The position numbers and the translations under genes are program-made. Positions 17,701 to 28,000 of a stretch of DNA of 64,000 bases are shown here, piece by piece (position 1 is the stretch's first letter; the number at the start of each line of letters is the position of its first letter). This DNA is from a virus, in IMG/VR virus record IMGVR_UViG_3300021963_000094, positions 1 to 64,000 of that record; one strand, 5' to 3'. Under the pieces are notes generated by a model. It saw only the letters and a program-made list of their open reading frames with translations. It did not search any database and was not told the origin of the DNA.

Positions 17701-19309
17701 AGCAGATCTAGAAAATCAGGTGCTTGATTTGAAAAGAAAGTCTCCACTTGATGGTTCAGATCCTAAACAAAAGATGAAAGAATTAAAGGAGCTTTCTGCA
17801 TCTTTTGATGCTCAGAAGATAGAAGCTGTTAGATCCGTGATGAAAGATTATTTAAAAAACTCTATCACGGTTCCTGATATACAATTCCCTAAGCAGTCTA
17901 AAAATCTGATTGCTGAAATACCATCTCCTATAAAGATTATAAGAGACACTAACGCCAAGATAAAAATAGGTGCAATTCCACAAATTCCGTCTGCTGGTAA
18001 AAAAGTTAATTTAAAATCCAGAATATTAGACTCTGTAAAAAATATAGAATTCAAGGCAGCATCTAAATATGCAGATCTTAACAAAGATTTACCTAAAGGC
18101 TCAAGAATAGTTGCGGTATTTAATTCACCAATAAATGAGTTAGGTAAAAGCCAGGAGGATGTTGAATCTTTAAAGGGATTGATATCTGATGGGATAGGAC
18201 AGATATTCAGTGGAGATAAATCTCCTCTAAGTAACAAATCTCTTCTAACCTTCAAACCTAAACTAAAAAAGATTCCAAGAATTCCGGGAGCAGGTCTTCC
18301 CGCACCAGGAGCTATAATAGCAACGCCTAATCCTATAGTTAATTCTGTTAAAGGATTTATTAATAAAAATCTGAATGTCAATGTTCAGGATTTAGTAAAG
18401 CTTGCAGATCGAACTTCTATCGGAGGTAACAAAGTTTTAAGGGAAAAAGATTTGCAATTAATGATTAGGAATTCTCTAGATAAAACTTTAAGCAAATTCC
18501 CAGTTGATCTAAAGAATGTTAATTTCCAAAATATTGCTAGTGCAGGTGATGTTGCTCAAGAATATTCTAAGTTTTGTTCTTCTTTAGAACTTCCTCCATT
18601 TCCTCCAAAGAAGAGTGGCAATCCTGCTGTTCCCCTGGGACCTGGCGGAATACCACCGATAATAATTCCAGGCTCTGTTGTTTCAAACTTTATAGTGAAG
18701 GGAGCTTCATCAGCGATAGATTCCGTGGATGTTTCTAAAATTATTCCTGGCGGATTATCTGCATTTGATAATTTAGCTGCAGATGACATCAAAGTTATGA
18801 CAAACAATATTGCGGTTTCTTTTTTTAACAAAGCAAGCATACCAGCTATTGATAATTTGCCATCAATTCCTTTAGAAGCAAGACCCCAAGATTACATAGA
18901 GCTTGTTATGAGCTTTTTACCGGTTCATCCTTATGCTGATATAGCATTCACGTTATTGTGGACCAAATTTAAAAACCCGCCGAGGATTCCGATCCCTCCT
19001 GAAATAATAGAACCTCTGTTAGCACTACAAAAAGCTATAGTGTATAAACTACCTTGGCCTATCGTAGTATTACTTGGAAGAAATGTTATTAACATTTTAA
19101 ATCCCCTTTATACAAGAGAAGATATTCCTAGATGGGATAGAATGTCTTTGAAAAATCCATTTTTTGTTGTTTTTCTGGACGAATTTATCAGATCAGCTGC
19201 GGATATATCTGGAGGATTCAAATTCTTTATAGGCGCGGGAAAATTATTTTATCCCCTCCCAACTCTTGAAATTAATTTGGGATTTGGTACTAAAATCAAC
19301 ATAAACTAA
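14768..19309 (+). CDS. Large (1513 aa) probable virion protein with coiled coils, Cys cluster and Pro-rich hydrophobic segments
   Basis: Directly after gp5-like; CPPDCCG...CP...C cluster and IPLPPP...IPPIVIPLPIGVIVIFIP stretch. Confidence 0.55.
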   Translation: MDFNFNKLQDISDRISSGELKPEDVLNEFSGFTDDLPSDEEIINNAQELEKSIEPVPLILTDDEINDLICSYDGEELANRTFWEILRKQNYLDRISELPDFSRNRNFDKFMDDNNLSNELNGAKEMISDNLDLDLLGIKFSGSNRKIRRFKIGPFGFDIHIITHKGVPLFFHVAPKKMSLSFIRDQLKKKSKKGKAKKCSDDIYNKFGSGSGPSTSDNNDFGDGTGSEAGSDSGFGSNNIDPEKLSSLLDNILDREASEKDSNNAFDVSDIVDQVFCEPDFPINPETGEPLFTKEDLKSFIEEICLPEEESAIPEVLPEGDIDDVTEKVNKCLSQAKEIFKDVRENNELRSRYEKAEKDLEEILYHYKIVKNYYNGLSKSFEAKAKSGKKGNPLTLLLTLVLASSDANKFLDAVKNFSARFKETKKQTSPGKKGYVGIKFDIAFPHGLGGDLPYETVKPEATSDLLSSDYERVDLTKLQLGMEFSSKGILGSGNSDFLKSYEDFIIFRDENPKLDVPFYNFIQDIEGSNKPKEAIIKDIEKNHGFLYSNLLEISANPWLFFTADERGDNDARKSADIKPQSTNSDGEPNQSFSDFWGNFKKSFDTKYNARKKIVEDKINSIKVLSDKFVDTLADYYFTVNLSSTSNNSKLLKDASDKADKNVSYIEDLLLSIAQKIQELDQKNSPEVLQSRAESIDCFGSANDGSENSGGSSSTGIGVSIGLDANGNPNNSTPDTLKAACPPDCCGASGQAFSGGGIIDGLNSPDCPNLFTTCYWKEFAKKATTVGILPIPNGLPPIENPAGFLPNIGLKYWPVGYLPPSFIPLPPPLVNPLDGTPFIRIPMPMIWTIIPPIVIPLPIGVIVIFIPFIGGFMPSPLVFFHDFLTGNSIFLLGIRGFRFIPRKSDPVIPDPLVRLKQFLSLGVPNYLFPFPNLGKDNVDDPKRIKKDILANLKKRLSNAKVNIDFSKIQKVQDDLAKKKADLENQVLDLKRKSPLDGSDPKQKMKELKELSASFDAQKIEAVRSVMKDYLKNSITVPDIQFPKQSKNLIAEIPSPIKIIRDTNAKIKIGAIPQIPSAGKKVNLKSRILDSVKNIEFKAASKYADLNKDLPKGSRIVAVFNSPINELGKSQEDVESLKGLISDGIGQIFSGDKSPLSNKSLLTFKPKLKKIPRIPGAGLPAPGAIIATPNPIVNSVKGFINKNLNVNVQDLVKLADRTSIGGNKVLREKDLQLMIRNSLDKTLSKFPVDLKNVNFQNIASAGDVAQEYSKFCSSLELPPFPPKKSGNPAVPLGPGGIPPIIIPGSVVSNFIVKGASSAIDSVDVSKIIPGGLSAFDNLAADDIKVMTNNIAVSFFNKASIPAIDNLPSIPLEARPQDYIELVMSFLPVHPYADIAFTLLWTKFKNPPRIPIPPEIIEPLLALQKAIVYKLPWPIVVLLGRNVINILNPLYTREDIPRWDRMSLKNPFFVVFLDEFIRSAADISGGFKFFIGAGKLFYPLPTLEINLGFGTKININ

Positions 19310-19331
19310 AATCATTTAAAAACAAACAAAA

Positions 19332-20456
19332 ATGGCTAAGAAAAGACAATACACAAGAGACGAGTATTCTCCGGAAGAAAGGGCTATTATGGACGAACTT
19401 TACGAAGGTCACTTTAGAGTAAATTTCGCAGATAACCCTGCCCAATCATATTCTAAGGAGCTAGAAGAAAATCAAGTTCTAAGTGTAAAAATCACACAGA
19501 TCAGAGGAACCAGTGCAATAGGTGAAACGTCTGTTGGACAATCTGTTGCGATAGATTTAATGAAAGAAGAAAAAGCAATCAAGAGATTAGGATTCCCTGC
19601 ACTTAATGTACAGGAAGGATCTCAGCTTGATGTTGTAATATTCAAAGATAAATCTGGAATGTATAATGGATCTTTAGCAGCAGGCTATGAGAATTCATTA
19701 AAGACCGAATTATTAAATTCGATCAAGGAAGAGAAAACAGCATACACGGTGAGAATCGATTCAACATGTCCTGGAGGATTTATGGTGAACCTTTCTGGTA
19801 TCAAGTGTTTCTTACCTGGTTCATTAGCAGCAGCTAATAGAATTATAGATTTCCAATCATTTGTTGGAAAAACAATCAATATAATGATTGAGACTTACGA
19901 TGAAAGAAGAGACATTTTTGTTGTTTCCTTCAAAAAGTATCTTAAGCATGTTATTGATGCTAAAGTGGAAGAATTATCTCTCACACAAAAATACACAGGT
20001 ACAGTTACAGGTATGTCAACTGCAGGTGTATTCGTTGAATGGGATGAGTATTACACTGGTTTAATCCCAGCAGAGGAATTTGATAATGCCGGAATTAAAA
20101 TGGATCTAAACGCAGGAGGAAGCGTGTCATTCTATGTTTCTGACTTCAGAAATCCAAACAGAATAGTATTAAGATTAAACCCACCTGAAGGAAAAGATAG
20201 GGACTTACAGGAACTTAAAGACATTTCTTTATTGGAAGATAAAGAAAATAAAATATATAGAGGGACAGTGTCAAAGGTGAAAAACTTCGGGGTTTTTGTA
20301 AAACTTGAAAATAACATCGTTGGCCTTGTTGAAAAGGACTATTTGGCTGGAAATCCAAAAGATTATGAAGTAGGATCTGAAATATCCTGCACTATCATGG
20401 ACGTAGAGCTACAGAGTTCAAAACTCTATTTAAAGGAAAAAATTGAAAATACTTGA
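19332..20456 (+). CDS. rpsA: Ribosomal protein S1 (bS1) homologue with four S1/OB domains
   Basis: GGFMVNLSGIKCFLPGS, GTVTG...GVFVE..GLI and GTV..VKNFGVFVKL...GLV S1 repeats; N-terminal YSPEER..M.ELY helix. Confidence 0.8.
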   Translation: MAKKRQYTRDEYSPEERAIMDELYEGHFRVNFADNPAQSYSKELEENQVLSVKITQIRGTSAIGETSVGQSVAIDLMKEEKAIKRLGFPALNVQEGSQLDVVIFKDKSGMYNGSLAAGYENSLKTELLNSIKEEKTAYTVRIDSTCPGGFMVNLSGIKCFLPGSLAAANRIIDFQSFVGKTINIMIETYDERRDIFVVSFKKYLKHVIDAKVEELSLTQKYTGTVTGMSTAGVFVEWDEYYTGLIPAEEFDNAGIKMDLNAGGSVSFYVSDFRNPNRIVLRLNPPEGKDRDLQELKDISLLEDKENKIYRGTVSKVKNFGVFVKLENNIVGLVEKDYLAGNPKDYEVGSEISCTIMDVELQSSKLYLKEKIENT

Positions 20457-21903
20457 TCAAAATTTTTATTACGCAGCTAAAATCGGATTCGAATTCGAAT
20501 TCATGTCTTCTTTCTCTAGGAAGGAGATAGCCGAGAAAATTGGGGAAGATTTAGGGAAACAGGTAAAAGTCTTTAGAAAATACCACTCTAAATTTTCCCC
20601 AACTCGTGATATTTTTAAGCTGGAGCCTGATTTTTCTGGGGGTCTTAAGATGGTTGAGCTGATAACCGGACCCATGGATTACTTCGAGGCAATCCCCGTT
20701 TTAATTAGAATTTTAAAATGGATAGACGAAAACGGATATACTAACGAAAGATGTGCACTCCAATTTGGTCTAAGCTTTGATAGAGTAAAATATCCTTCGT
20801 TAATAGATTTTAGCCAACTAAATCCCCTGAAATTTGTTTTGGGATTTGATGAAGAATTCATCTGGAAGAAATTTCCGGAGAGAAGAGGATCTTTATATGC
20901 GAAGTCAATCAAAAGAATATCCCCTTCTAATAGATTTGTAAGAGGACATAAAGACATTCTAGGAGACAGAAACTCATATACTGTTTACACAGAAAAAAAT
21001 ATGGGTGTTAATCTAACCAAGTTACAGGACGGGTATATGGAGGTTAGGTATATGGGTGGAACGGATTATCAGAAAAAGTACACAGACATCAAAGAAATTA
21101 TAGATTATCTGATATCTCATACTTTTAATTGTCTTTTGCATAACGATACTCTTACACAAAAAGAAACATCGACCCTTAGTGAATTGATATCTAAGGTTTA
21201 TAAAGAAACTGAAAGTTTTATAGATCCTGAGTCTTTCATGAGAAACTATCCAGATCTACACGTTACTGTCGATTTAAGAGAGGATTTACAGATAATTAAA
21301 ACTTATTTTAATGAGGTTAAAAATTTCCTATACAGTTTAATTGTAGATAATGGAATCACAGAAGGATTCTTAAACTACGACACGCAAATTGCTAAGTACC
21401 AATTAAAGGATGGTAAAACAAAAACAGCTAACATGCTAAAAGATCTAGATCTGATAGAATGTGAAATTGAAGGAAACGTAGCAAGATGTAGAATATTTGG
21501 CTGTAAGTTAGAAAACTGCCAGATAGAAGATTCCCAGTTAGTCATGAACAATGACGTAACGGATTCTAAAATCCTTGACTGCGATCTTAGTTTTAGCAAC
21601 AACATTTCAAATTCGTATATAGATTCAAAGGATAGAGAAATCAGCTGCGAGGTTACTGGCGGTGTTATTAGGTCTGGTTATATAACAAAACTGGCTGAGA
21701 TATCATCTTCAACTGAAATTATCAGTAATGGTGCAGATCCTAAAGGTAAAGACAAAGGAAAAGGAAAGGGTGGAAAAATGATTAAATCCACAATTTTCCC
21801 AGATAGAAACTACGAGGATATCGTAAAACCAGAGCCTTTCGAGGATCTAAATAATCGAAGACCATCTTTTTCCGTAAACCAGCTGTATAAAAATAATAAT
21901 TAA
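20443..21903 (+). CDS. Putative amidoligase (COOH-NH2 ligase fold) with C-terminal beta-helix
   Basis: IGFEFEF, ELIT and EVRY motifs; C-terminal repetitive (I/L)xxC/S beta-solenoid; TTG start. Confidence 0.6.
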   Translation: MKILDQNFYYAAKIGFEFEFMSSFSRKEIAEKIGEDLGKQVKVFRKYHSKFSPTRDIFKLEPDFSGGLKMVELITGPMDYFEAIPVLIRILKWIDENGYTNERCALQFGLSFDRVKYPSLIDFSQLNPLKFVLGFDEEFIWKKFPERRGSLYAKSIKRISPSNRFVRGHKDILGDRNSYTVYTEKNMGVNLTKLQDGYMEVRYMGGTDYQKKYTDIKEIIDYLISHTFNCLLHNDTLTQKETSTLSELISKVYKETESFIDPESFMRNYPDLHVTVDLREDLQIIKTYFNEVKNFLYSLIVDNGITEGFLNYDTQIAKYQLKDGKTKTANMLKDLDLIECEIEGNVARCRIFGCKLENCQIEDSQLVMNNDVTDSKILDCDLSFSNNISNSYIDSKDREISCEVTGGVIRSGYITKLAEISSSTEIISNGADPKGKDKGKGKGGKMIKSTIFPDRNYEDIVKPEPFEDLNNRRPSFSVNQLYKNNN

Positions 21904-21905
21904 GA

Positions 21906-22676
21906 ATGACTACATCAGAAGAGGCACTAATACAAGAGGTAAAGGACGACATATCTCATTCTTGCGCATTACCATATGCACTGAACGATCAGGAGATAAA
22001 AAGGATCATAAAAAGAGCGAAGGCATATTTTTATGATAACTATCAATATGCGGTAGAGGATAAAATAATGGTGTTACCTTCACAATTATTCAGTACCCAA
22101 CAATTCAGAGCGACCAGACAAATCCAATTACCAGACTGCGTTATAGGTGTTTGGGACGTGAGAGAAGTAGGAGGAGCTGGTATAGTTGGAACCCCGGATA
22201 AGGATTTTGGAGATGCTAAGCTATTAGGTTCGGAGCTTATGCTTAGCCCTTTTATAGGTGATAACCTTGTTTATAGAACAGTTTTATACTCATTTTTCGA
22301 TCTTGCAAAAGCTTTTTTATTGGAGACTTTTGCATTCAATTACAACAAAAACACTAAAAGATTAACTATAAATGGTAGAGATCCTAGTAGAGCAACTTCT
22401 TCTGGAATGACCATGGGAGGTAAAGATGTCGGGGTTAGAGCTTTTATTGCAATACCTGACGAGAATCTTTATTCCGACGAGCTTTTTGTTAGATATGTGC
22501 TTGCTGAAGCAAAAATTAACATAGGCAGACTTTTAGGCACATTTGGCTATCAATTGCCAGGAGGCGTAACCATAAATGCTGCAGCTATTCAAGGAATTGG
22601 ACAAGCAGAGAAAACCGAGGTTATGGAGATGATTAAAAGTGAAAATACGCCAAGTTACTTCCTACAGTGGAATTAA
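21906..22676 (+). CDS. Neck protein, T4 gp13-like
   Basis: C-terminal LG.F..QLPGGVTIN...I...G..E signature of gp13-type head-tail adaptors. Confidence 0.7.
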   Translation: MTTSEEALIQEVKDDISHSCALPYALNDQEIKRIIKRAKAYFYDNYQYAVEDKIMVLPSQLFSTQQFRATRQIQLPDCVIGVWDVREVGGAGIVGTPDKDFGDAKLLGSELMLSPFIGDNLVYRTVLYSFFDLAKAFLLETFAFNYNKNTKRLTINGRDPSRATSSGMTMGGKDVGVRAFIAIPDENLYSDELFVRYVLAEAKINIGRLLGTFGYQLPGGVTINAAAIQGIGQAEKTEVMEMIKSENTPSYFLQWN

Positions 22677-22708
22677 TCCCAATAATTATCTTCTGCTTAT
22701 ATTTTCTA

Positions 22709-22717
22709 AATATATAA
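22709..22717 (+). promoter_or_regulatory. Putative late promoter (AATATATAA)
   Basis: Recurrent motif, 7 nt before the ATG of the gp25-like gene. Confidence 0.5.
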
Positions 22718-22724
22718 GGGAGAT

Positions 22725-23096
22725 ATGATCAAAATTTCGGACATATACCCAAGAAATCCAGACGACCCGCTTTACGAGGCGGATAAGCTTGAGACTGATG
22801 ATGTTGTTGAATCTACCGTAGGTATGATAAAACAGATCATGCTAACCAAGCCGGGGACTGTTTTGGGCGATCCGTATTTTGGCATCGATCTGGAATCAAT
22901 GATATTTGATTTTGAGGTGTCCCAAAGTGAATTGGAAGAAGCTATATCGTTACAGCTTTATACGTATTGTACTTTTGCTAGGGGCATTCTTAATATCGAT
23001 TTTCAATTGGGATTCTTTGAAGGCGAAACAAGAGATACGTGTGTGATAGAGTTCGCAATCAAAGGTAATCCAGTTCTAGGAATAAAGGTAATTTAA
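22725..23096 (+). CDS. Baseplate wedge/sheath initiator, T4 gp25-like
   Basis: LTKPG...DPYFG..L...IF signature. Confidence 0.8.
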   Translation: MIKISDIYPRNPDDPLYEADKLETDDVVESTVGMIKQIMLTKPGTVLGDPYFGIDLESMIFDFEVSQSELEEAISLQLYTYCTFARGILNIDFQLGFFEGETRDTCVIEFAIKGNPVLGIKVI

Positions 23097-23098
23097 AA

Positions 23099-24823
23099 AT
23101 GGATTTATTTAAAAAAAATCGTGCCAAGATACAAGACCTGCTCCAGGACACTCTTGAGCTAATACAAAAAAGATATAATCAAGCAAATCAGCTATTTACT
23201 GTTGCTTCTGCCTGGGGACAGATATTGTTCGTTCTACAGAACCTATCTCAACTTATTTTATTCTTTATCGAAGACTCCATAACGGAGCTTGATATCAATA
23301 AGGCGAGCAGAGAAAGCTCTGTTTATGGATTAGCAGCTCTAACTGGACACAACGCTTCCAGAAGTAGCTGTGCAAGAGGGCAGGTAGATATCACATGGAA
23401 TGGACAGGATTCTACCAGTGTAGGTGGAAGTGCAATATTAATTCCTAAATATTCTTCAATTAAATTTCAAAACGGAGGTATAAACTATCTTTTAAACCTA
23501 CCACAGGACTATGCAAGATTAAACCTAACGCCTTCTACCAAAATCTCTTGTGAAATAATCGAGGGAAGTATTAGAGCTTCAACTTTTACCGGGAGTGGAA
23601 CAATATTACAAAGCTACAATGTTTCCGATAGGGTAACATCCACCGTAGACAACTTCGAGGTTAAGGTCTTCGTCGACAGCGAAGAATGGAAAATATACGA
23701 TTCACTTTACGATATACCTTTTAATTATAACGGATGCCTGGTTAAAACCGGTATCAATAATGGTATTGATGTTATTTTCGGGAACACCAACTTTGGAAAA
23801 ATACCACCCCTTGGGTCTACCATCCAGGTTCAATATGTTGAAACTATAGGGGTTTCTGGAAATATCAATTCGATAGATCCAGGTAAGATATCATTTGAAT
23901 TTGATGATGATGGAACAGATGCTTTTGGTAATCCTGTTTCTTTAAGTGATTATTTAAAAATAACCTGTGTTACTGCTCCACAACTTGGAACAGACAAAGA
24001 ATCTATTCAGCTTACAAGAATATTAGCACCTAAAACATCAAGATCTTTTGTTTTAGCAAATGCTGAAACGTATACCACATATTTTGAAAAATTTGGTACA
24101 TTCTCTATTATAGAGGCATTCTCAACATTTGATGATCAATATCTCGATGATGATAATATTATTTATGTTTTACTAGTTCCTGATATCAGACAAAAATTAA
24201 AAACGAATGAAACGTATTTCGATATAAAGGAAACTGAGTTTACCTTAACCGATTATCAAAAACAAAGACTTTTAAAAGTAATAGACGAGAGCGGGCAAAA
24301 GATTGTAACAACTGAGGTAAAAATATTAGATCCTAAAATATCTAGATATGTTATAAACGTTCTGATTAGCATATTCGAAGGATATGACCCAAGTACAGTT
24401 AAGGGACAAATAGTCGATTCCATAAGCTCTTATTTTATAGGAATAAGAAGAAGAGACAAGATACCAAGATCTGATCTAATCGCTATTCTAGAATCTATCC
24501 CAGGGGTAGATTCTGTTACATTATTCTTCGTAAGTGAGAAAAATGAAAAATATGCTAGAAGCGTAGAAAATCTTGCAGACACAGATCCTAAGAAAAATCT
24601 AGTTCTTGGATTAGACGAGTTTGGTGATATCGTTTTTGGTAAAGATGAAATAGCAATTATAACAGGTGGATGGGGAGACAGAACTGGACTTTACTACGAC
24701 CAAGGTGCTGATTATAACAAACTTTCATCTATCAACATAGATATTAGAGCAACTGTTCCGGTAACATATAACACCGAGATTAATATGAAGAACAAGACGT
24801 TCCTAAAAAATAACAATCAATAA
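23099..24823 (+). CDS. Baseplate wedge protein, T4 gp6 / baseplate J-like
   Basis: A.RESSV..LA...G, FGN..FGKIPP.G..I.V.Y...G..GN and ES...R..AP motifs; follows gp25. Confidence 0.8.
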   Translation: MDLFKKNRAKIQDLLQDTLELIQKRYNQANQLFTVASAWGQILFVLQNLSQLILFFIEDSITELDINKASRESSVYGLAALTGHNASRSSCARGQVDITWNGQDSTSVGGSAILIPKYSSIKFQNGGINYLLNLPQDYARLNLTPSTKISCEIIEGSIRASTFTGSGTILQSYNVSDRVTSTVDNFEVKVFVDSEEWKIYDSLYDIPFNYNGCLVKTGINNGIDVIFGNTNFGKIPPLGSTIQVQYVETIGVSGNINSIDPGKISFEFDDDGTDAFGNPVSLSDYLKITCVTAPQLGTDKESIQLTRILAPKTSRSFVLANAETYTTYFEKFGTFSIIEAFSTFDDQYLDDDNIIYVLLVPDIRQKLKTNETYFDIKETEFTLTDYQKQRLLKVIDESGQKIVTTEVKILDPKISRYVINVLISIFEGYDPSTVKGQIVDSISSYFIGIRRRDKIPRSDLIAILESIPGVDSVTLFFVSEKNEKYARSVENLADTDPKKNLVLGLDEFGDIVFGKDEIAIITGGWGDRTGLYYDQGADYNKLSSINIDIRATVPVTYNTEINMKNKTFLKNNNQ

Positions 24824-25077
24824 TGTTTAACACAGAAAGAAAGAGTTATTACGAGTATATTGAATCAACAGAGGATAAAAGAACCAACGTTGGTTTTGAA
24901 TATGAAGGAAGAATATTCGAAAAGACCCTTTCTTCTATAACTTTGGGTGGAGATAACAACAGAAAAAGTATATTAAGCTCAATAGAAAGAGTTGTTTTTA
25001 GGTTAATTGAGACAACAAAAAACATTAGAAATTTTGTTAACTACAGAGTTCCTAAAAATAATAAGTATGTTCGATAA
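24823..25077 (+). CDS. Small baseplate-associated protein
   Basis: 84 aa, TAATG-coupled on both sides between gp6-like and the giant baseplate gene. Confidence 0.6.
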   Translation: MFNTERKSYYEYIESTEDKRTNVGFEYEGRIFEKTLSSITLGGDNNRKSILSSIERVVFRLIETTKNIRNFVNYRVPKNNKYVR

Positions 25078-28000
25078 TGAGTTATAAGAATCTTTTATTT
25101 TTTAATAAATCCGGTCATCAGACAAACTTAATCTGGAATGGGGATTTCTGGGAAGCAAGATTGCTTCTCCCTAGGGTTTCTGTAGATCTTTTTGAGATTG
25201 AGCATTTTTTTATTGTGGAAAAATTTCTTGACACTAATGGAAATATTGTTTATGGATATCCACACATAACCCCCGATATAAATTCTTTAACCTCTGCCTC
25301 TGGAATATATGGAAATTTTAAATCGGGATCTACTGTTGTAAATACTGATATTAAACCTCTTGCTGATTATGTGGGTGCTAAAATATTTACTGAGCAATTC
25401 CCTAACGGAAACGAGGTGGTTTCTGTGGATACCACTTTAAACAGAATAACCTTAAAAGATCCAGCAACTGCAACGGAGGGTGGGATACCCTTGTTTTTCA
25501 ATCTTTGGAAATCTTCTTTCGAAACCAGCAGAAACGTTTTAGATTTTGATTCTTTTGATTCGTTTAAAGGAAATATAATCAAAGGTGCTGATTACATCAC
25601 AACTTCGTCTGATATTTCAAAAATTAAACTTAGCGGAGATTATTTAAGTATCTTAGGTAACGGTGTTCCTAAGAATGCTAGAATAACAAGTATAGTTGGT
25701 GATAAGATCTATTTAAACAAAATATGTAACGTTGATCTTTCAAACAGTACTATATTTGTTTATCCAGTCGAGGAAAAAAACGATGTTTCCAATTACATAT
25801 TTCAATATGAACTTTTAGAAGATCAAACACTAGATGCGCCGGTATTAAACAAATTGCAGGATTCGTATATTAAAATAGGATATGACGGAAACGAGTCTTT
25901 CCAAAATGACATAAGAACCAGTAACGATATTGATTCTGCTAGTGTTACTATTAATATAGCTTTAAGTTCTGATGAAGAAGGAATTTTCGGAAGAACACTT
26001 GTTATAGAGGATTACTCGCTTGGATATCCTAAAATCATAGCAAGAATTGAGATCCACGGAGAGACTATAGGCGAAGACGAAAGATATAAAACATTATTAA
26101 GCAACTTCGGTAGAAAGTTAAATTCCGAAGATGCTTACATATTAAGACCTAGCGATCCAAAAGAACCTTACACCGATTACGAAATTGTAAACGCAAAGAG
26201 AAAAGAACTTCTATTAGAGGGTCACGAAATATTCTCTTATTTAGGGTCTTATAAGGGCTTAATAAACGCAATTAGATTTTTCGGATATCAAGATTTAAGG
26301 GTGAAAGAATACTGGCTGAATGTTAAAAAATCAGACACAGCAACATCTGCACTCAAAGAGAATTCCGATTTCATGGACAAGATAAAGGGCAAGCCTTATA
26401 GTCAAAGTACCTTGATAGGAAATCTTTTAGATGACGAAAACTCTGGGAAGTATAAACAAGTAGAAATATACGGTAAAAAGAAAGACGGAACATACGGATT
26501 AAAATCCCCGATAGAACAATTATTTCCTTCTTCAAGTTATAAAAAGACTGCACTATTTGGATTATTTTATGACATCAATGTTGTAGTGGATGATGAATAT
26601 GATGAGTTTGGTTATCCAATCACAGAAAATGCTGATGTGTTTTCACCTGATGAGGTATTAATTAAATTGTTTGGTTTAAAAGAAAAGCTTAAAAAAGACT
26701 ACCTACCTTTAAATGCTAGAATTATAGACATCACAGGTGAGGGGGTTTATTTTGGTATCTATAAAAACAGAACATGGATCGATAACTTAAAGATCGACGA
26801 ACTTCAGCAAGGTATAGATATAGATCTTGCATTTACTCCAGAATATGGGTACATTGAGGATCTAAGACCTTTCTATCTTAGACCTAATAAGTACATTCCG
26901 TTTGTTCCTTTTGTCGGCGAAAATCTAGCCACATATAAATACACAACATACGGAAACCAAGTAGAACCAAAGGCTACCAATCCCAAACTAAATGGAAGAG
27001 AATCTAAAAGATTGGCTGACGCAATTAAACTTTTTTACGAAAGAAGAAATAGTGGAGAACCTAAATATAGACTCGGTGATGGAGATAGCAAGAACAATGG
27101 CTACCTTAAATTATTCGACGGACAAAGATATGAAGTGCCTGCTGGATTCCCAACAGTACTAGAAGTTACCACCTTTAATATAACATGGGATGAAGTTGGA
27201 AATACATGGGGTTCTTTAGAAAACAACATTGCAACTTATTCTACGTCTTTATCTTCTTGGGACGATACTGGTTATACTGGAAACGGATTAATAGATTCAT
27301 CTTTTGATTTCAGCTTTGATACTGCCACTGGATTCGGTACTCTTTTCGATATTACCCTACCAACTGGATTAGATTTTCTTCGTCCAGAAGCAGGATCTGT
27401 TCAGCTTAAGTTTACTTCAAATGATGATGATTCTTTTCAGCTTCTTTGCGAAGTACAAAACGGATCTATCCCTGGAACCTATTACGATTCTGCGACGGGA
27501 GAAACCTCATTAAAACTTTTATGGTCTAAAGGAGATGGAATAATTGATAACTGGAAGATTGAACTTGTGAATAGCTTCCAAAGCACATTACCTCTTGAGT
27601 ATTACGATTACTCATTTAATCCTGGGGGTTTTTATTCGTGGGACAATCTAAGATTCGCAGGATTCTATGAAATAGAATGGACCGTAATCAAAAGAGGAGA
27701 AACCCCCTTCTATTACGAATTTAGAGGCGCTATAAGCGACTATTATAAATTACCAATTATACTACCGTACGACGGAATATACACTGTTAAATGCAGAGTA
27801 TGGGATGGCTTCAATGATATTTGTAGTGTTAACTATGAAAATTGTATAGAGGTTAAGAAAAGAGACATAGAATTAACCAATATTGCCAGATTTAGGGAGA
27901 CTGAGGTTTACACCTGGGATAACACTAAACAAAACTGGGATGATTATGTTTCAATGTGGTTATTTCCAGTAGAGAAAGGAAAGGATCCAGGAATTATCTC

